Below are positions 34,244 to 49,100 of a stretch of 64,000 nt of DNA, piece by piece. The position numbers were made by a program, and so were the translations under genes. Within the stretch, counting starts at the first letter, position 1. Each line of letters starts with the position of its first letter. The stretch lies in the NCBI GenBank assembly GCA_004764695.1, contig SMSO01000013.1, positions 1-64,000 on the forward strand. The letters are read 5' to 3'. Under the pieces are notes generated by a model. The model worked only from the letters and a program-made list of their open reading frames with translations. It had not been told where the DNA came from and did not search any database. This DNA is from Schizochytrium sp. TIO01 (taxonomy: Eukaryota; Protista; Bigyra: Labyrinthulomycetes).

Positions 34244-34960
34244 TTTGTACTATTTAGTAGTATAAAGTTTTTTCTTTTTTTTTCATTTATTTTATTGTTG
34301 GTGACTCCCGGGGAGAATGGATTTGTTTTTTTGAGGATGAAGTTCTTTTGGATATTATTTTAGGGCAGGGAACGGCGAAGGGTAGGGAGTGGTTAAAGGA
34401 AACAATAGGCTAGTTTGAAATGAGAACTTGGTGAAGTGAGAAGTGGATTATGGGTGTTGCATAGAGTTTGTTGCAACACCCTATGGTGGAAAAGTGAGGC
34501 ATATGAATGGAGAGTAAGTACATGGTCGGGAAGGTGGTTAGGAGGGATTGAGTTTAGACAAAGAAACGCGATAGGGGTGAAGTAGAAAGGGAGTTTCATT
34601 AGTTTTTGCTATACTCTACAGAGAGTAAGTGAGAAACTGGTGAAGCTCCCTTTTTTATTTGTCAGAGGAATGGTTTTTTGAAGTACTTTCTTAGAGCGAT
34701 CCCCGGCAATAGTTATGAAATTTCGAAACTTTCAACATGAGTGAAAAGATAAACTTTCAGTCTAATCTTTGAAACAGGAAAAATTGTTGAAGGTAACATG
34801 AAAGGTTGTCTAATTAAAAGAAACAAACAGATTATGAAGGATTTTGCTTTACTCCTTTGATACAAGGATTGTGAAAATTATTAAAGTGCATGGCGTATTC
34901 TTGTTTGAAAGGTAGGCTCATTGATGTATAAACGGTTGTTGTCGATTTCAATTAGGAAGT

Positions 34961-35075
34961 GTTGCGGTGACCGAGTGGTTAAGGTGGTGGACTGCTATGT
35001 GGCTCATAATGTTGAGTACAACATGTCTTGATCCATTGTTCTCCGAACGCCTGGGTTCGAATCCCAGCCGCAACG
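34961..35075 (+). tRNA. tRNA-Ser(GCT) with intron, unit B
   Basis: Matches 2694-2808 apart from one intron substitution. Confidence 0.92.
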
Positions 35076-35984
35076 ACGTAGCTTTGCTTCAATTTGGATT
35101 CCACATAGAATCAAAATAAGTGTCGTGCATTTTTTTTGTTTCGGTTCCTGGTGTTTTTTGTTTTGCTTATGTTTCTATCTTTGAATAAAAAACAGGTACT
35201 ATTCCTTGCAGATTTAGGCTTTCTTCCGAAATCTGCTGGGTGAAATAAACGGAGAATCGACTGATTTGAAACATTGTAGGGAATTGTTGAACTGTAGACT
35301 TGACCGCATTTGAAGGGAACGAGTGAAAACCAGAAGATCCTGCATTCGCAAATAGCACATTTGTTTTTGTACCCGTTTATGATACTACCCTATATTTTCT
35401 GAAGAAGTAAGTTCCCTCCAAAGTTGAGAGCTTCAGCTCTTTGAAGGTAATTTAAGTATTTTGAAAGCTTCTATACAACGAATTGTAGAAGCTATAAATC
35501 AACAGTGCTCTTCTTTTGTAAAAAGAAAGAAGAACGACAAACAACATCGACAATAAAACCAGTATCCCTAAAACATATAGTGCTGCTTTGAATGCAGATG
35601 GAGAAATTATTTACGAAGTCTCCGTCAATTAAAGGATCAATCGAAAATAGTGTGGGCCACGACAAACCGAAATGTTCGATATTTTATAAATGCTTGTCAC
35701 TTCATTTTCGCTTCCTGCTTCTTTCCGAACTTGAAAGCATTCGAGAGGTAATTTCCTCGCTTGCCGATTTACCTTTCGGATATAGCTGATCTAGTCTTTC
35801 TCACAATTTTGAGTTTGGAGTTGATTGATACATTTGTCAACCTGGTAAAGGTCGCTAAATGAATTACCCAATCCAACATGAAGATATACTTTTCGAAGCT
35901 AAATGACTTTGAGCAGTGGATGAGGAATACAAAATGTGCTTTGACTTGACCGTGCTAAAGTAAGCTTGACTTTACTTTAGCACG

Positions 35985-36041
35985 ATGGTAGAACGTCACG
36001 TTGTGGCGGTGACGACCGTGGTTGGATTCCGCGCGAAGGCA
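35985..36041 (+). pseudogene. tRNA-His(GTG)-like remnant, unit B
   Basis: Same sequence as 3726-3782. Confidence 0.6.
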
Positions 36042-36806
36042 CTCACTTCAAGACTAGGAAACTGAATATTTTTGTTGGTTTCTTTTCATACTGATACCAT
36101 CCATATCTTACGGTGTGTTTTACTGAATGTACAAGCTCAAGAAATGAAAGGTTAGTTCCCTTTTAAAGGATTCTTTTTCATACTGACAAATGATGATGTA
36201 TCGAGTGTTTTTAACGAATGTTTGAAAAATGCAAAAGCTATTCTTCAATGCTTGCTAGCTTGCAAACCAAAGAAGAGGAGACAGTATTCGGGAAGGCACG
36301 CTACAGTCTGGCTGATTACGTTGGGATTTGGAATTCTATGTACTATACAAGTATCTCCGGTTTGATCTACACTTGTGCAAGGCATCGCTGATTAAGCTAA
36401 ACTTTCTTTGGCAGTTCTTTCCTTGGCACTTGATGAAGGCTCGTCAATTTTATCATAATGATGCTATGATTTTGATTTCTACAATTTAAATCATCGGTTC
36501 TGTTTATCCTCAGATTTCTGAATTAGACTAACGTAAAGGTATACATTTGAGTATACATAGTTTCAAGGTAAAGCCTTGATGATTTGCAGTAAAAGTAATG
36601 CTGTGCTGTTTAAAACCATAGGCTTTTAAGAGAACATGGAGAATCGATAAGCTTGAAAACAAATGTCAGAAGGATATAAACAGGAATTTGTCTACTTTCT
36701 GTACGAGTTTCCGTGGCTTTGCTTTGGCAAGACTGAAACGCAGGTAAAGCATTTGATCCCACAGTTACTTTCCCTAAAACAAAAAGAAATACACTTTGGG
36801 TTCCAG

Positions 36807-36880
36807 AATCTCCGGCGGGACTTGAACCCACGATCTCCTGATTCGTAGTCAGGCACCTTATCCAACTTGGCCACGGAGAC
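36807..36880 (-). tRNA. tRNA-Arg(ACG), unit B
   Basis: Same sequence as 4548-4621. Confidence 0.92.
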
Positions 36881-37433
36881 AACTTGCTAAGTTGAAAGTG
36901 AGACTTGCTGCTGTCAAAAATATGTTTTCCTCACGCCCTATCCTGCAAACTTTATTGCACAAAAGTTTAAAGCTGACCGTTACTTTAAGCAAAATCAAAT
37001 TTACATATTGCCATAAATTATTTGCACAAGGATCAAACGCTTGAAGCACATTTTAGCTAACGACCCTTTTGCCCTCTACAAGGCTCGTGGGCGTAAAGAA
37101 GCGAGCCACTGCGCATTGAATGATTGAGAGTTCTCTTTAAAATATAATAAAGTTTTTCACTTAAAGGTTTATTTAATACCCCCTTTCCTGTAAATTAAAA
37201 TATATATTATAATAGAATTCTAAAAGTTTTTTGTTTTTTGTTTTTTGTTTAAAGAAAAAAAAAAGTAAACTTAATTTTAGAAAATGAAAGTGTTAAAAAC
37301 AAAAACTGAAAATTGAAAGAATGTAATTGATCTTTTTTTTTTTTTAAACCGAAGAGCGGAGTCCGAATAAAACGATTCGTACATTCATAAATTGGTCATT
37401 ACAAATGTGTAAAATTGTTGAAATGGACGAGAC

Positions 37434-37931
37434 CCCTGGTCGATTTAGAGGCAATCGCGGCGAAAAGGTATCCGTAGGAGGATAGGCTAGCCTGCGGAAA
37501 GGTGAACGAAGAGGATGCGTGCGTGGAGCGCAGCCGCAACTCTTTGAACTTTGAGAAAACTAAGCTGATGAGTGAGTTAGTTTAGCTAAAGCGGAGACTA
37601 AAGAAGACTTGCTGGGTGAGCTCGGCGAGACTCGGGTGGCCGTGAGTAGCCAGAGGTTTTGGGTATGCTTGCCGGCGAGGCTTCCTCTTAGGTAGGTGTG
37701 TGATTTCCTTGTTGCACGATAGCGTGGACGGTAAGAGGAACTATTTTATCTGTAAAAAGATTTTCAATTAAAAAGGAAAGTCCTTTCAACCTTTCTTTTC
37801 AGTGAAAAGTAAAATAAATTTTAGGCTTGAGGGGATTGAAAGTTTTCTCTGGTTTTTCTTGATGATATGGAATATGAGGCGAATGCATTCATTGGACAGC
37901 TTGTTTAAGAAATATCCTACAGGGCCAGGAC
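37434..37931 (+). repeat. ~500-bp rDNA-associated element, unit B
   Basis: Near-identical to 5170-5666. Confidence 0.8.
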
Positions 37932-40662
37932 AAAAAAGAAGATACCCAATATGGTGAAGTTGACCTTACCCCAAGTTTACTGGAATGTCAGGTATCCCAA
38001 GATATCTGTTACGACAATATGTAGAGCAACGATTGTCATGAAGGTGTGTAGTAGGATAATAACGATTTAAAAAAAAGAGTTTAATTGAAGAAATCTATAA
38101 AGACAAACTAAATAAATATTAATAGTTTATATTAAATTAAAAAACTTATTTGAATAAATGTCTTTGTTTTAATTTTTATGAATTTCTATTATTATTATTT
38201 AAAGTGCTTTCCAACACTAATCATTCTATTAATAGCAAAATGAATTGGTGAAGCATATCAGGATGCCGTATCCCATCGAGAGTATTCATTGCAACACGTT
38301 TCAACGTCAAAGACATATCTTCTCCTGCAATGTATTCTTCAAGGTACCTCTCGGCATGAAGACACCGTATTCGCGTGGATTGCTTATTCTCATCCTACGG
38401 TCATTAACTACACGATCAACAATTACATCACAAATTGTACACAAGGTGTTACTAATGCATGATGAATGCTTCGTTTAGTTTATTTTGAGCATAGTAATAC
38501 GTTATGTACAAGAACAAAAACGTCCAGTGGCGTTTGATCGATTATATTATTGTTTTGCTTCAAGCTTGAAAAGTAAATGAACATTCAGATAGTCTAGATT
38601 TATTGCTGGAATTAAATGAAGCACCGTCCCTCAGTGGTCCTTTTATATGATTCTTGAAAGAGCAAGATAATGTGCATTCGCTTTTCGTGAAAGACTGAAA
38701 TATATTCGCAAACGTTGGCATTCACTGTGTGAGATCTTCCAGCCTCTGTAACTTCATCCCGCTTGCTATAATAATTTAACTCCTTATAGATATGTAAAAC
38801 ATTTCTTTACCACTAAACCAATCTACAAGAGATGTTTTACTTTTCTCTATCAACAAGAGTACTGATTAGCATGGAATGGATCCAGTTTTAAAATTGTACA
38901 AGGTACGATCTGTCTTTGTAAAAACAAACAAAAACACCAAAAACTCATTGTTTAATATTAAATTAAACTTTTTAATTTGAAAAGTTAAATATTTTAAACC
39001 AAAAGTAAAAGTTTAATTAAAACAAAACAATTTTGTTTTTATATTCTGTTCTAATACATTTTTGTTTTTAATCTTTAAAAGTTAAAAGGAGTAAAAGTAT
39101 TTGCAAATTTTTAAATTGACAGAAATCATTGATGTAGCCTGAATGAGATCTTCGAGAGACTTAACGAGTCTTAACTAGTTTGCTGCTGCACAGAATAGAG
39201 CATCTTCAGATCAAGGGTTGCACAATAGTATAGGCTCCACTGCTTAGACAGGTGACAAGCCGACTTGCTGTTTAGAAGCTCAATCCAAATGAATCCTTGG
39301 TGTGTGAACTTTCCGAAACCAATGTTTTTAGCTCGTTAAGCATTTTCAAATTGGTCATAAAGCTGTCCAACGTTGTTTACTGCAGCATGGCTTTCTAGGA
39401 ATCACGTTTGTCTTTAAACTTTCATGCTCAGAGCACTCTGCAGTATGGTGATGATGTAGATTTGTTCGACGGAAGGGCTCTGTCGAACAAAGAAATTATC
39501 AAATTGTGCTTCCTTAGAGAGTAGACCTTTTGTATGACCTCATCTATCAAAAAACATTATTGGGGCCATTTCGCGAATGTTTTGGGCAGCCGCAACAAAG
39601 TCAAGCTTTCGTTTTGCTGAGTCTTGTTTAAAAAGTTAAAAAAAAGGATGTTTTTGTTGGAGGCAAACTCAGGTTAAAATTCTCTCAAGTATTGTACGTT
39701 CGATGAAGGCAAGTGATACAAATTTCCATAAGACTCTGAATCAACAATCATGTATTATATACGAATGCTTTCCAGTGTAATAGCAGAACTTAACAGCATG
39801 CCTGTATGCATTAGAATATTTATTAAAAACGATATCATGGAGCTTGGTGCAAACGACAGAACACCACAAAATATTTCTAAATAGATTCACGGACGTTCGA
39901 AATACGATATGTTGCAGCTTTTTCGAAGCAAGTCCTTTGGGAACCGGAAATACAAGTCAAATGTGTGGTAAGTACGCTTTGTGCCTGCACATCAAATTAC
40001 TTCGATAGCATCAACATAGAAAACCTGATTTGAAGGGAAAACAGTGCAATAAGGAATTGCACAAAGAATCACAAATTGAGAACTACCACTTATTTTGTGA
40101 CTAGTCCCTTTCATGGTTAAGAAAGGTCATTTGTTAATTTGGAGATGCCGCAAAGAGGAACTCATAAAGGATTTCTTATTTCAAAAACGCATTTCGCGAG
40201 AGCACCCCCTAAAATATAAAGAAGCAGCTTTCGAACGATTTGCAACTTAATCTTTGACAGTGATGTGTTGGGGAAAAAGCTGTGTGCAAAGGCCCAGTGA
40301 AGGAATCGCAGGCACTCATTTATTCGTCGCAATTGATATGTTTCAAAATACTTCAAAATTTGCAGTCATCGTACAGATTCGAAAGGAAAGAAGAAACTTT
40401 CTCTCCAGTTCAGTAGAAGATGCTGTGCGGTCAAAACATGCAATATCTTGCTTTGACGGTAGTGTAGGTAAAGTTGTTGCTGGGCAATCATTGTTCTCAA
40501 CAGTAGAATTGCAAGTTCTAATTTATACGCTAAGGTTCTGTTAGTTCTAGTTAGACAATTCTTCAAATAAAGTTCTAGATAGATTAAACTCTAGTCTGTA
40601 TTTTATTTCTATAATAAAGTGTGGGAAGATCAAAAGGAAAAGCATCAGAACTTGAATCAAAT

Positions 40663-40991
40663 CAACAAGACCTCACTTGTTTCACAGATCTTTCTGAGGC
40701 ATAAACACCTTCTATAATTGAGAAACAAAGGTTCTCACTTAACACTGTGCTCGATGGCGGAGACAGAGACCCATCTTGCCAAAGCAGCGGTGCTGGCAGC
40801 AGCTCGAGCCTCGTCCAAGTCTCGCAGAGCCAAGGTTGATGTGATCTCATCTCACAGCTTCGTTCGTTTGGAGGCAAAGCAGAAGGAACCGGAAGCAACC
40901 TACAAGCGCAGGTAGTCAACCCAGCATCATTGCTAAGGCCAAGCGAACCACCCACTATGCTCTACCTGCTCGCCTAGAGCAGTCCTCTATG
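40663..40991. other. Segment inverted relative to unit A (8618-8960)
   Basis: Reverse complement of the unit A segment, with small indels. Confidence 0.9.
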
Positions 40992-42331
40992 GAGAATCAG
41001 CTGTCCACCTGAAAGAAGGTCTGCCACCAAGCCTAAACCATGGCCTCTGGAGAAAGGATTCAATGCTGGGTCATACGCCTGGTCATTGTCACTATGCGGC
41101 TATTTTGCTCGTTGGTATGTTTTTGTAAAATTTGCCGCTGACTAGAGTAATGAACAATTATTCATAAACACGAGCGACTTCACGGGTCACAAAAATATTC
41201 AAAGTGATCTGCACATTTTGGCCAGGACAATAGCAATGAGAGACTTTTTGAATAAAAGGTTTTTTTAATATGGTTCCTCTACAGTGTAGAACCTTCTACC
41301 ACATAAGCAATTACCGCGGTGACAATTGCAAATATTAAAAGTGGCCATGAACTCCGCAGTGCATTTAATTGGTCCATATGTAGACGCCATTTCCCGCATT
41401 GTCGTTCGCACTGAACTGTGCACGAAAAGCAGTCAACTGTACATTGGAATTATACTGTTGCGACAATAACAACGTTCTGTTGAATTTTATGCTAGCTAAG
41501 TCATGCCTTTGTTTTATTGGTCTAATGAATATGTTCCTTGTAGTAGGTATCTGCCGAAGTACCAATACTAACTTAGTTTAGGAAAAACGAAAAATAAAAC
41601 GTCGTACATCACCAGATGGCCAAAGTTTCTCCTCTAAAAATCTAGATCAATTCAGGTCGCTGGAGAATTGAAATCAAAATTCTTGGTACCTGACTTTGTT
41701 TCGAAAAATAGTAAATTAAACACGGCTGTCTTCAGGGAAGCTACTGAAAATTTTATTTCCTAAAATCTGCTGCTGAAGGGTATCTTTAATATATACGACT
41801 TTTGCGCTGTTACCTTGAAAGTCCGCCACCTGGGCAGATGAAAGAGTTAAAAGACGAATCCTCGGGCCAGCGAATGGCGTTCGAAATGAACAAAATGCAT
41901 CTCGCGATTGAGAGTTGTGATAAGCATGGCCCCTTTTAAAAGCTAGTGCGACCTTTTTCTGTGAATCTTCTATTCAATAAGATTTTAATGCGTAGTTTTT
42001 ATTTGTTTCTGCAAATGTGCTTTACAGAGAGTGTAACTACTGCCCCTGACTTTCCCTAGTAGATCATCCATTAATGCAAAGTAATTTTGTTTATTTATCT
42101 CTTTGGTGCCTAACTTTTAATGCATTGCAAAAAATAGGATACATCAATTTTGTGATCCCCTATCATTTTCTAAATGTAGGAATGTTGATAGTAAGCCAAC
42201 GATACGTACGTCAAAAACGAAGATATTAACTCCGTTTTGTGTGGTAAATTAATGTCATTGCTCAAATATTGTGATTCAAATCGAGGTACCAAAAATGAGT
42301 GGCTAGGAAAAAAATAAATAAAATGAAAAAT

Positions 42332-42450
42332 AACATTCAACACCGGGGCTTCGCATGCAGTCCCCTATCATACTACTGACCCGGCCCTACGCGACTTTAC
42401 TTCTCAGTGCGAATGAGATGAGGTGTTACCCGCGTGGTATGATCGAATGT
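42332..42450 (-). rRNA. 5S rRNA (copy 3)
   Basis: Same 119-nt sequence. Confidence 0.93.
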
Positions 42451-42472
42451 GATCGAGTGAGTCGAATTGTGG

Positions 42473-42480
42473 TATTTATA
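42473..42480 (-). promoter_or_regulatory. TATA box (TATAAATA) at -30..-23 of 5S copy 3
   Basis: Position conserved across all four 5S genes. Confidence 0.78.
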
Positions 42481-45400
42481 CTCCAGACCGTTATTTCATT
42501 CTTTTTATATAAAAAGTAACAACGCAGAAAGTAGCTTTCCTTCGAGTCTCTCTGGCCTCTGCCATGAAGACAAAAGCTTCCTTGCAGGCTTTCTGCTACG
42601 AAGTGTTTTATCTGTCTTTCTTGAGATACAAGCTAATGCCGAGCGACAGTAAAGTTAGTAAACAGCAAGTCTGCTCTTTTTTTCGACAAAACAGAAACAT
42701 ATAACTTTCTCAACAAGTGATGAATTTCTGTTTTAGATTGACACTACTGAGAAGGAAAACTGACACAGTACTACGTCATGACTTCGCAAGGCTCAAAGGA
42801 ACACCTCCATGACAAGACCATGGTGAAGCGTCAGTCAACATAGTGATGCGTCTATGTCATGGAAGGAAGGGGACGAAGCAAGCCTGGAAATGAGTTTGCA
42901 AGACAATCCGACAAGGTTAGTAAAGCTATAGGTCCTCTACTCTCTTATTTGAGTTGAAGCATGTGCCTTTCGAGCAATCGATTATTTATTCTGTGAATAT
43001 TACAAATCTTGTGTGCATGATAAAGAAATGCCTCATATTTCTTTCCCAAGCACGAAAGTATCCGACATGATTGAGAAATTCCAGACCTGTCTTACATAGG
43101 TTAATGTTTATAAGTATTTGCTTTAATCTAGTTTGCATAGTTTAAAATAATCACATTAAGAAAAAAAATGAAATTTTACACTGTTTTTTAGTTGTGGTGT
43201 TCCTTATTGTTGAGATATGCAGGTCAGAAAAGAACATCATAAATCGGAACTGGTGTACCTGTTGTTTATTGTACAGCTTACAGTTCTGTGCTAGAAGAAA
43301 AAGTCACACTTGTTCACTTCAAGATGTTCCTTTGCATGTCCAATTCTCACCGATATAGTTTGGCTCTCTCCTTCAGAAGATTCTTCCTTTCACAGATGCA
43401 AGATGTTCTACGTTCATGATTCATTGAAGCAGCTGTGTATTTCCTGAGAAACAACAACGAGCTAATTCCCCAAGCTTGAGACAAGAAAGAAAGTTACTGG
43501 GTACTACTATTCCTATTGAGTTAACCACCTAGATAGAATATCTAGTGTTACAAAGTTGACTATAACGAGAAGTGCGTATAAAAGCAAATGAAGGAACTAG
43601 CCAAGCACGGTTGTGCGCATTCTGTTTGGCTGTGTACTCACATGTGTCTCAACTGCTTTGAAACTGACTCGAACAGCAACCTTGATGTATGTTTGAAGAA
43701 CAACACAATCTTCAGTGGGAGCACAACACTACACCATCACAGACATCTCGTGGGAGATGCTACCCACTTAACACTTTCGTTGACACTCTCGGCACATGTT
43801 GATTAAATATGCGTGCTCCCCTCTTGGAGGCATATTGCAAGTTAGCGTGAGGCGATCACCAAGAGAGAAATGAAGGAAAAGAAATGAAGGAAAAGAAAAG
43901 TAAGAATTAATATTCAGGAACTGCTGACAAGGCCTATTGTCAAAGTCTATAGGCTTTGGTCTTGTCTTCGGCACATTGAGATGATCCGTCCGACACATAA
44001 CTGTAAAACTTCGATAAGGCATAAGTATGTAGAGTCAATAGTTTCTTTCAACAGATAAATCATAATGTAGTGTTTTTAAATTCATCATTGTAGAATATGC
44101 CTTGGAACACTGCTAAAGCTTATCATGCGAGATTCTATTAAGTCAAGTAGCCAGATTAAAATATGCAGTTCATGGGGCGCAGCAAAATTTATATCATCTG
44201 AGCTGAGATTACCAATCAAAGAGTTCTGTGGAGAAGAGCCATTGTCACACTATTATAAGTCCTCGTAGTCTAAGACTTATAAGAATATGACTATCAGATA
44301 CGAAGGAGTGAGAACAAAGGAAACTTATAAGTGAATGTGTAATACACAACCAAAGACTTGTGTTGAACAAACGAGCTAGCCTAACCCCTTGAGCTCCGAG
44401 TTTTAACAGTCTTAGTCTCATACTCAGGGTATGAACTGTTCCACCTGTTCAATATCTTTACGCAGCAGCAGCTGATCATTTACTAGGACAATAAATCCTT
44501 GAATGCACAAAACTCTTGAAGTTTTGGTGCTGAGTGTTCATCTCCAAGGTTTGCAATCGCTAACTGTGTACGCCGAAGCATAAAAAGATGCCGCCATCTT
44601 CCTATGTAACCTCTGGCTGCTTAGAGCTCTTTTAATAGCGATTGTGCACTTACTTTGTAGCTTCTGTGGTATCCACAATTCTGTCATTGTCTCGCAATCT
44701 CAGATTGATGGAGTAAACTAATTCCCTTATCACTCTGTGTGTTCTTGCAATGCTCTCTTCTATAAAATCTTTGAAGAACAACTTAAAGAGGCGATCAGGA
44801 AGGCAATGTTTTGCCTTTGGAGGTTCGTTGAGTCAACTTTGTTCTGAGGGCTTAAGATGTGGAAATTTAATGGTTTTCTTGAGAAGAGTCCATGCTTCGA
44901 ATAGTAAATCTGGATACATGACATATCAAGATTAAAGAGTTTCGAGGATTAAATAACTAATGGTTTCCATCTAGCTTTCAAAAGTTGTCTGGAGTGCAAA
45001 GGCTTGTGTTCAGAGTCTGATCTCTACGATTGACTTATTGTGAAATAGTAAATAGTTACCAAGAAAGAACCCCAATCTCCCTATTACTCAGGTCGTCATA
45101 GGTTCGGAGAAAGGGTTGTGTCTATAATACTACTTTTGCTCTTGCCTTTGATGGAGTTCTTATGCAAATTGTAAACGCCCAGCACCTCGCAACCGAGAGG
45201 AAATCGTCGCTGCTGAAAGGTGATACTGATTAGCATGAGGTTGACTGTAAGAATGAAGGCAAGAAGCTTGATGAAGGTTATAAGAAGGTTGATTTAAGTG
45301 TTAGCGAACTGCTGTCCTGAGGAATGAATTCCAGGACAGATGGAGTCATGTAGTAACTAGGGAGATTAAGACATTCTTGAATGTGGTTAGATATAATCGA

Positions 45401-46153
45401 TGGGGTTAGGTTATCCAACCTTCTCCAACCATTGATCCAAGCTAAACCAAGCTTGGGTGTCCGTGATGTGCATTCACACTTCTAGTTCTTGGCTTCAGCA
45501 TCCTCATGAGTCTGGCTGCCTATTCTTGTTCTAATGCAAACCTGATCTCTATTGGGTTTTACAAAGGGACACCAAGAACTCTAGCAATGTCTTGTCCACT
45601 AGTTCCTTCGATTGGAGATCTCAGCAGTCACATTAAGGGTTTCAGTGTCGTTAGAAGAACTGCATTTTGGCTTTGATGAAAAAATAAATAAAAAGTTGCT
45701 TTCCGAAATGAGAACTATTAAGAACTACCAAAGAGAGTTGAATGAAAAAAGTATTTTTGAGTTTATTTTGCGACGATTTGGCTTAAACATAGAGTTTCTG
45801 ATACCTTGTGGTGTTGCTGAATAAAATTATCGGAGGAACGGAGAGAGTAAAACAAAGAAAGGATTTGTATCTAATAATAAAGTAAATATGCTCTCCTCAA
45901 ACTGGAAAAATAAAGTTCAGAAAGCATATATATCATCAGTGAAATGTTAACGAATCATTACACTGTTCAAAATTATGTTTAATTTATGTTAAGTTTTAGT
46001 ACGTCCCCTCACCAAGAACCTTGCCAAAAAAAAAACATTATAAATTTTGATCCTGTTGGTAGACGTCGGTACTGTCTGGAGGAGAGCAATTACTTTCTCG
46101 CCTTCTAGTCAACAGCGCTTACGAAAAAGATAATCATTAAAAATTCGATTAAT

Positions 46154-49100
46154 TTATTCCAATCTGAAGTTTGCGCCAACAATATCTGGTGTTAGCAAAG
46201 GCGACAATAACTCTTTCAAAACGAGTCGAAGATTTCTATCCTGAATTTTTGCATTCCAGTACTCACGCAGACGTTCAGCGCGCAGCAACTGCCACGCCTC
46301 ACGAACCTGCTCAAATGAATCAGCAAAAAATGGATCTTGCCCAAGTCTTCTTGAACAGGTTCTCACATGATCATGACATGCATCTTCATCCTGAGAACTG
46401 TAGCCAAGACACCAAGCGCAGAAGTGATGACCACAAGTCTCATTACCGCACTCTACAGCACAGCAACCGGCAAAATCGTGTACATATGCCTTACAGTTCG
46501 GACAACATGTGCTCAAGATCTTCTCTTGAATATGAAGTAAATGAAGCCGTGCGTCGCGATTCTGTTCATCAGCACGTAAAACTTGTGCTATGCGCCTTTG
46601 GATCTCCTTCTCCGCCCAAACTGCTGCTTCATTTTCTGCCTTCATCTTCGCAATCAACAAAAGATGATTCAAAGCGCTTGGTGCAAGACGGGTGATTTCT
46701 TGACCTGATATCCTTCCACTACATTCAGGTTTCATGCATGCCATCGTTCCATCAGCATCCACTCTTACGTTAGCAAGTGGCCGTGCCGCCGCTTCTACTG
46801 AAGATTCGATACAGTCTCTGCAAAGGAAGTCTCCCTCCTCGCAGCTCGTGCCCTCGGAAAGCAGATGCTCCTCCATGCATACTAGACATATCTTGACAGG
46901 GATCTTAGGAGCTCCAAAAGCTTCATGTTGGAGTGCTTGGCGAGCGGTTGGACGCTGGCCAGGGTCTGTTGCTGTAAGAGCATCGATAAGTTTCTGCATT
47001 GCAGCGGTTCGCTCAGTAGGATACAGCTCCTTTAAGCTTATGCCCACAGAGTACATGTCCATCGCTGTTTCAAACCTATCTACAGGCCCATTCTGCAACT
47101 CGGGGCAAATGTACCGTGGCGTGGCCTGGAGTGATGTGTAAGTTGCGATGTAGTCCGCAACCTTGATGCCGTCAAAGTCGCCGATCAATGGTGTCCCGTT
47201 GCTTGTGAGGAAAATGTTTTCTGGTTTGATGTCACAATGCACAATGCCGTGGGTATGTAAATCCGCCACACCGATAAGCAGGCCCATAGCAAGTCGGTCG
47301 CGCGCTGCTTTGCCTTCGTTAGGATGACTCTCAATCCACTTGGCAAGGTCACCTTGCTCGTAGAAAGGCATAATAATACAACCACGCGGTACTCCATGTG
47401 CCATGTCCACAAAAGCACCAGTGATACGGATCACGTGCTGAGACACCACTTTGCCCAGATTGGCAACTTGTCTGTAGAAGGTTTTAGATTGACTTAGATG
47501 TCCAAGCTGAAACTCTTTGAGAACCATAAGTTTATCATCTCCATCAAATACTTTCTGGACTCTCTTGCCACCTCTGGAAGCAAGGGGCTCGCCGACAGGT
47601 TTGAAGTCCGTAACTGTGACATTCGTTAACCAAAGGTCAGAACATGCTACTTCAAAAACACCCTCTGCACTTACGTGAAGCCTTTCTAGCCAGGCTCTAT
47701 CTTGCAGCAACTCTGGATAATGTTCCTGCGCGTGTTGCAGAGTCTCAGCAAGCTTATGACGAAAAGCTTTGCTAAGGTCGATAGGGTTGCCTTGAGAGAG
47801 AATGAGCTCTTGTTTCTTGATACGATTTCTAAAATATGCTCGCTCTTCCTCATCCAAGTCCTCTATTTCAAGTTCTTCTTTGGCTCTCTTCAAAATTTCT
47901 GTGGCTTTCCTCGACTTGTCAAGTTTCTGGAATAATGCTTCAACATCTGAGACAGAAGGTTCTTTCAAACCCAGTGCTGCATAGTCATACAGCTCAGAGA
48001 GCTTTTCTGGTGTGCACTTGCTCGTGTCATTCAATGCAGCACATTCAGTGTATCCTTCAAATCGAGCGAATGTTGAACTTATCGCGCAAAGTATTTCCCA
48101 CAATTGGGTACGAAGTGTATCTCCTTGTAGAACTTCGATCTCTTGCTTGAGAGCACTCTCAAGTTCAGACAACTCTGGTTCTAGCTCCATGGCCTGCTCA
48201 GGTGTCCTCAGGGCAACCGATAATCCATCACCAAGTTCTAGCTCAGACAATCGAGAGGTAACGCGCTTTACAGCTTGTTGGCTTCGTTCACCAATGTTGT
48301 TGTGTTGGCCTTCTCCACTCCTCTTGTACCCTTCCACGCATTGGACAGCCTGAATAACGAGTTCTTGGCAGTGTTTGAAGTCATCTGTGATGGTCTCTTC
48401 ATCGACTGGAGCAAGGTTGATCTTTAGATCGCTTACCAAACTTTCAACTCTCACTTTGAATTCTCGCACTGCACTCTCATCACTTTCACAAAGGTTGGCG
48501 CGAACCCATGGGTACACAACCTGCAAAAGTGAATACAGGTACCTCCGTTCGGTGTTCCGCTTTTCGATGAGGCTGGGCAAGCCATCAGCAGAGCTTGCAC
48601 GAATCTGGCCTTGTAGCACGTCAAGACTCTCTTTGGAGTTCTTGATGTCAGCGAAAACCTGTCGCAACTTCACTTGGCCAAAGTAGCCCTGGATCGCCGA
48701 TCCTACGAACTCCTCAAGCAAGGCAATCCCAGTTTGCAGGGAGTTTCCTCTGACCCCACCTCGGTCAACGCGCAAGTCCGAGACTTTCTTGGCAAGCTGC
48801 ACCACATCAGCGAAACTCACGCTCGCTCCATCCGCCCGTTCTCTGAGACGAACAAGAAGACGTAAGCAAACGAGCAAAATGATGTTGAAGCAGCAACAAA
48901 AGCAGAAGCAAAAGTTAGGATACCCTCTATCTCAATAACTCAATTCGTGGAATGACTAATTACACGATCCCAAACAAAGATTAACCGAATGAACTTACCC
49001 ACATCCATCCAAAGTAGCAAGCCCGGTGCCATCAATGCCGTCTTGCTCGTTCTTGGGCTCTGCAGAAGGCTCGCTTTCTGCCGACTCTATGGAAGCATAG

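Noticed and set aside
42451-46153. Possible degenerate gene or retroelement in the unit-B-specific spacer
   Set aside because: Only short interrupted frames; no RT, integrase or other motif recognised. BLASTX would be needed.
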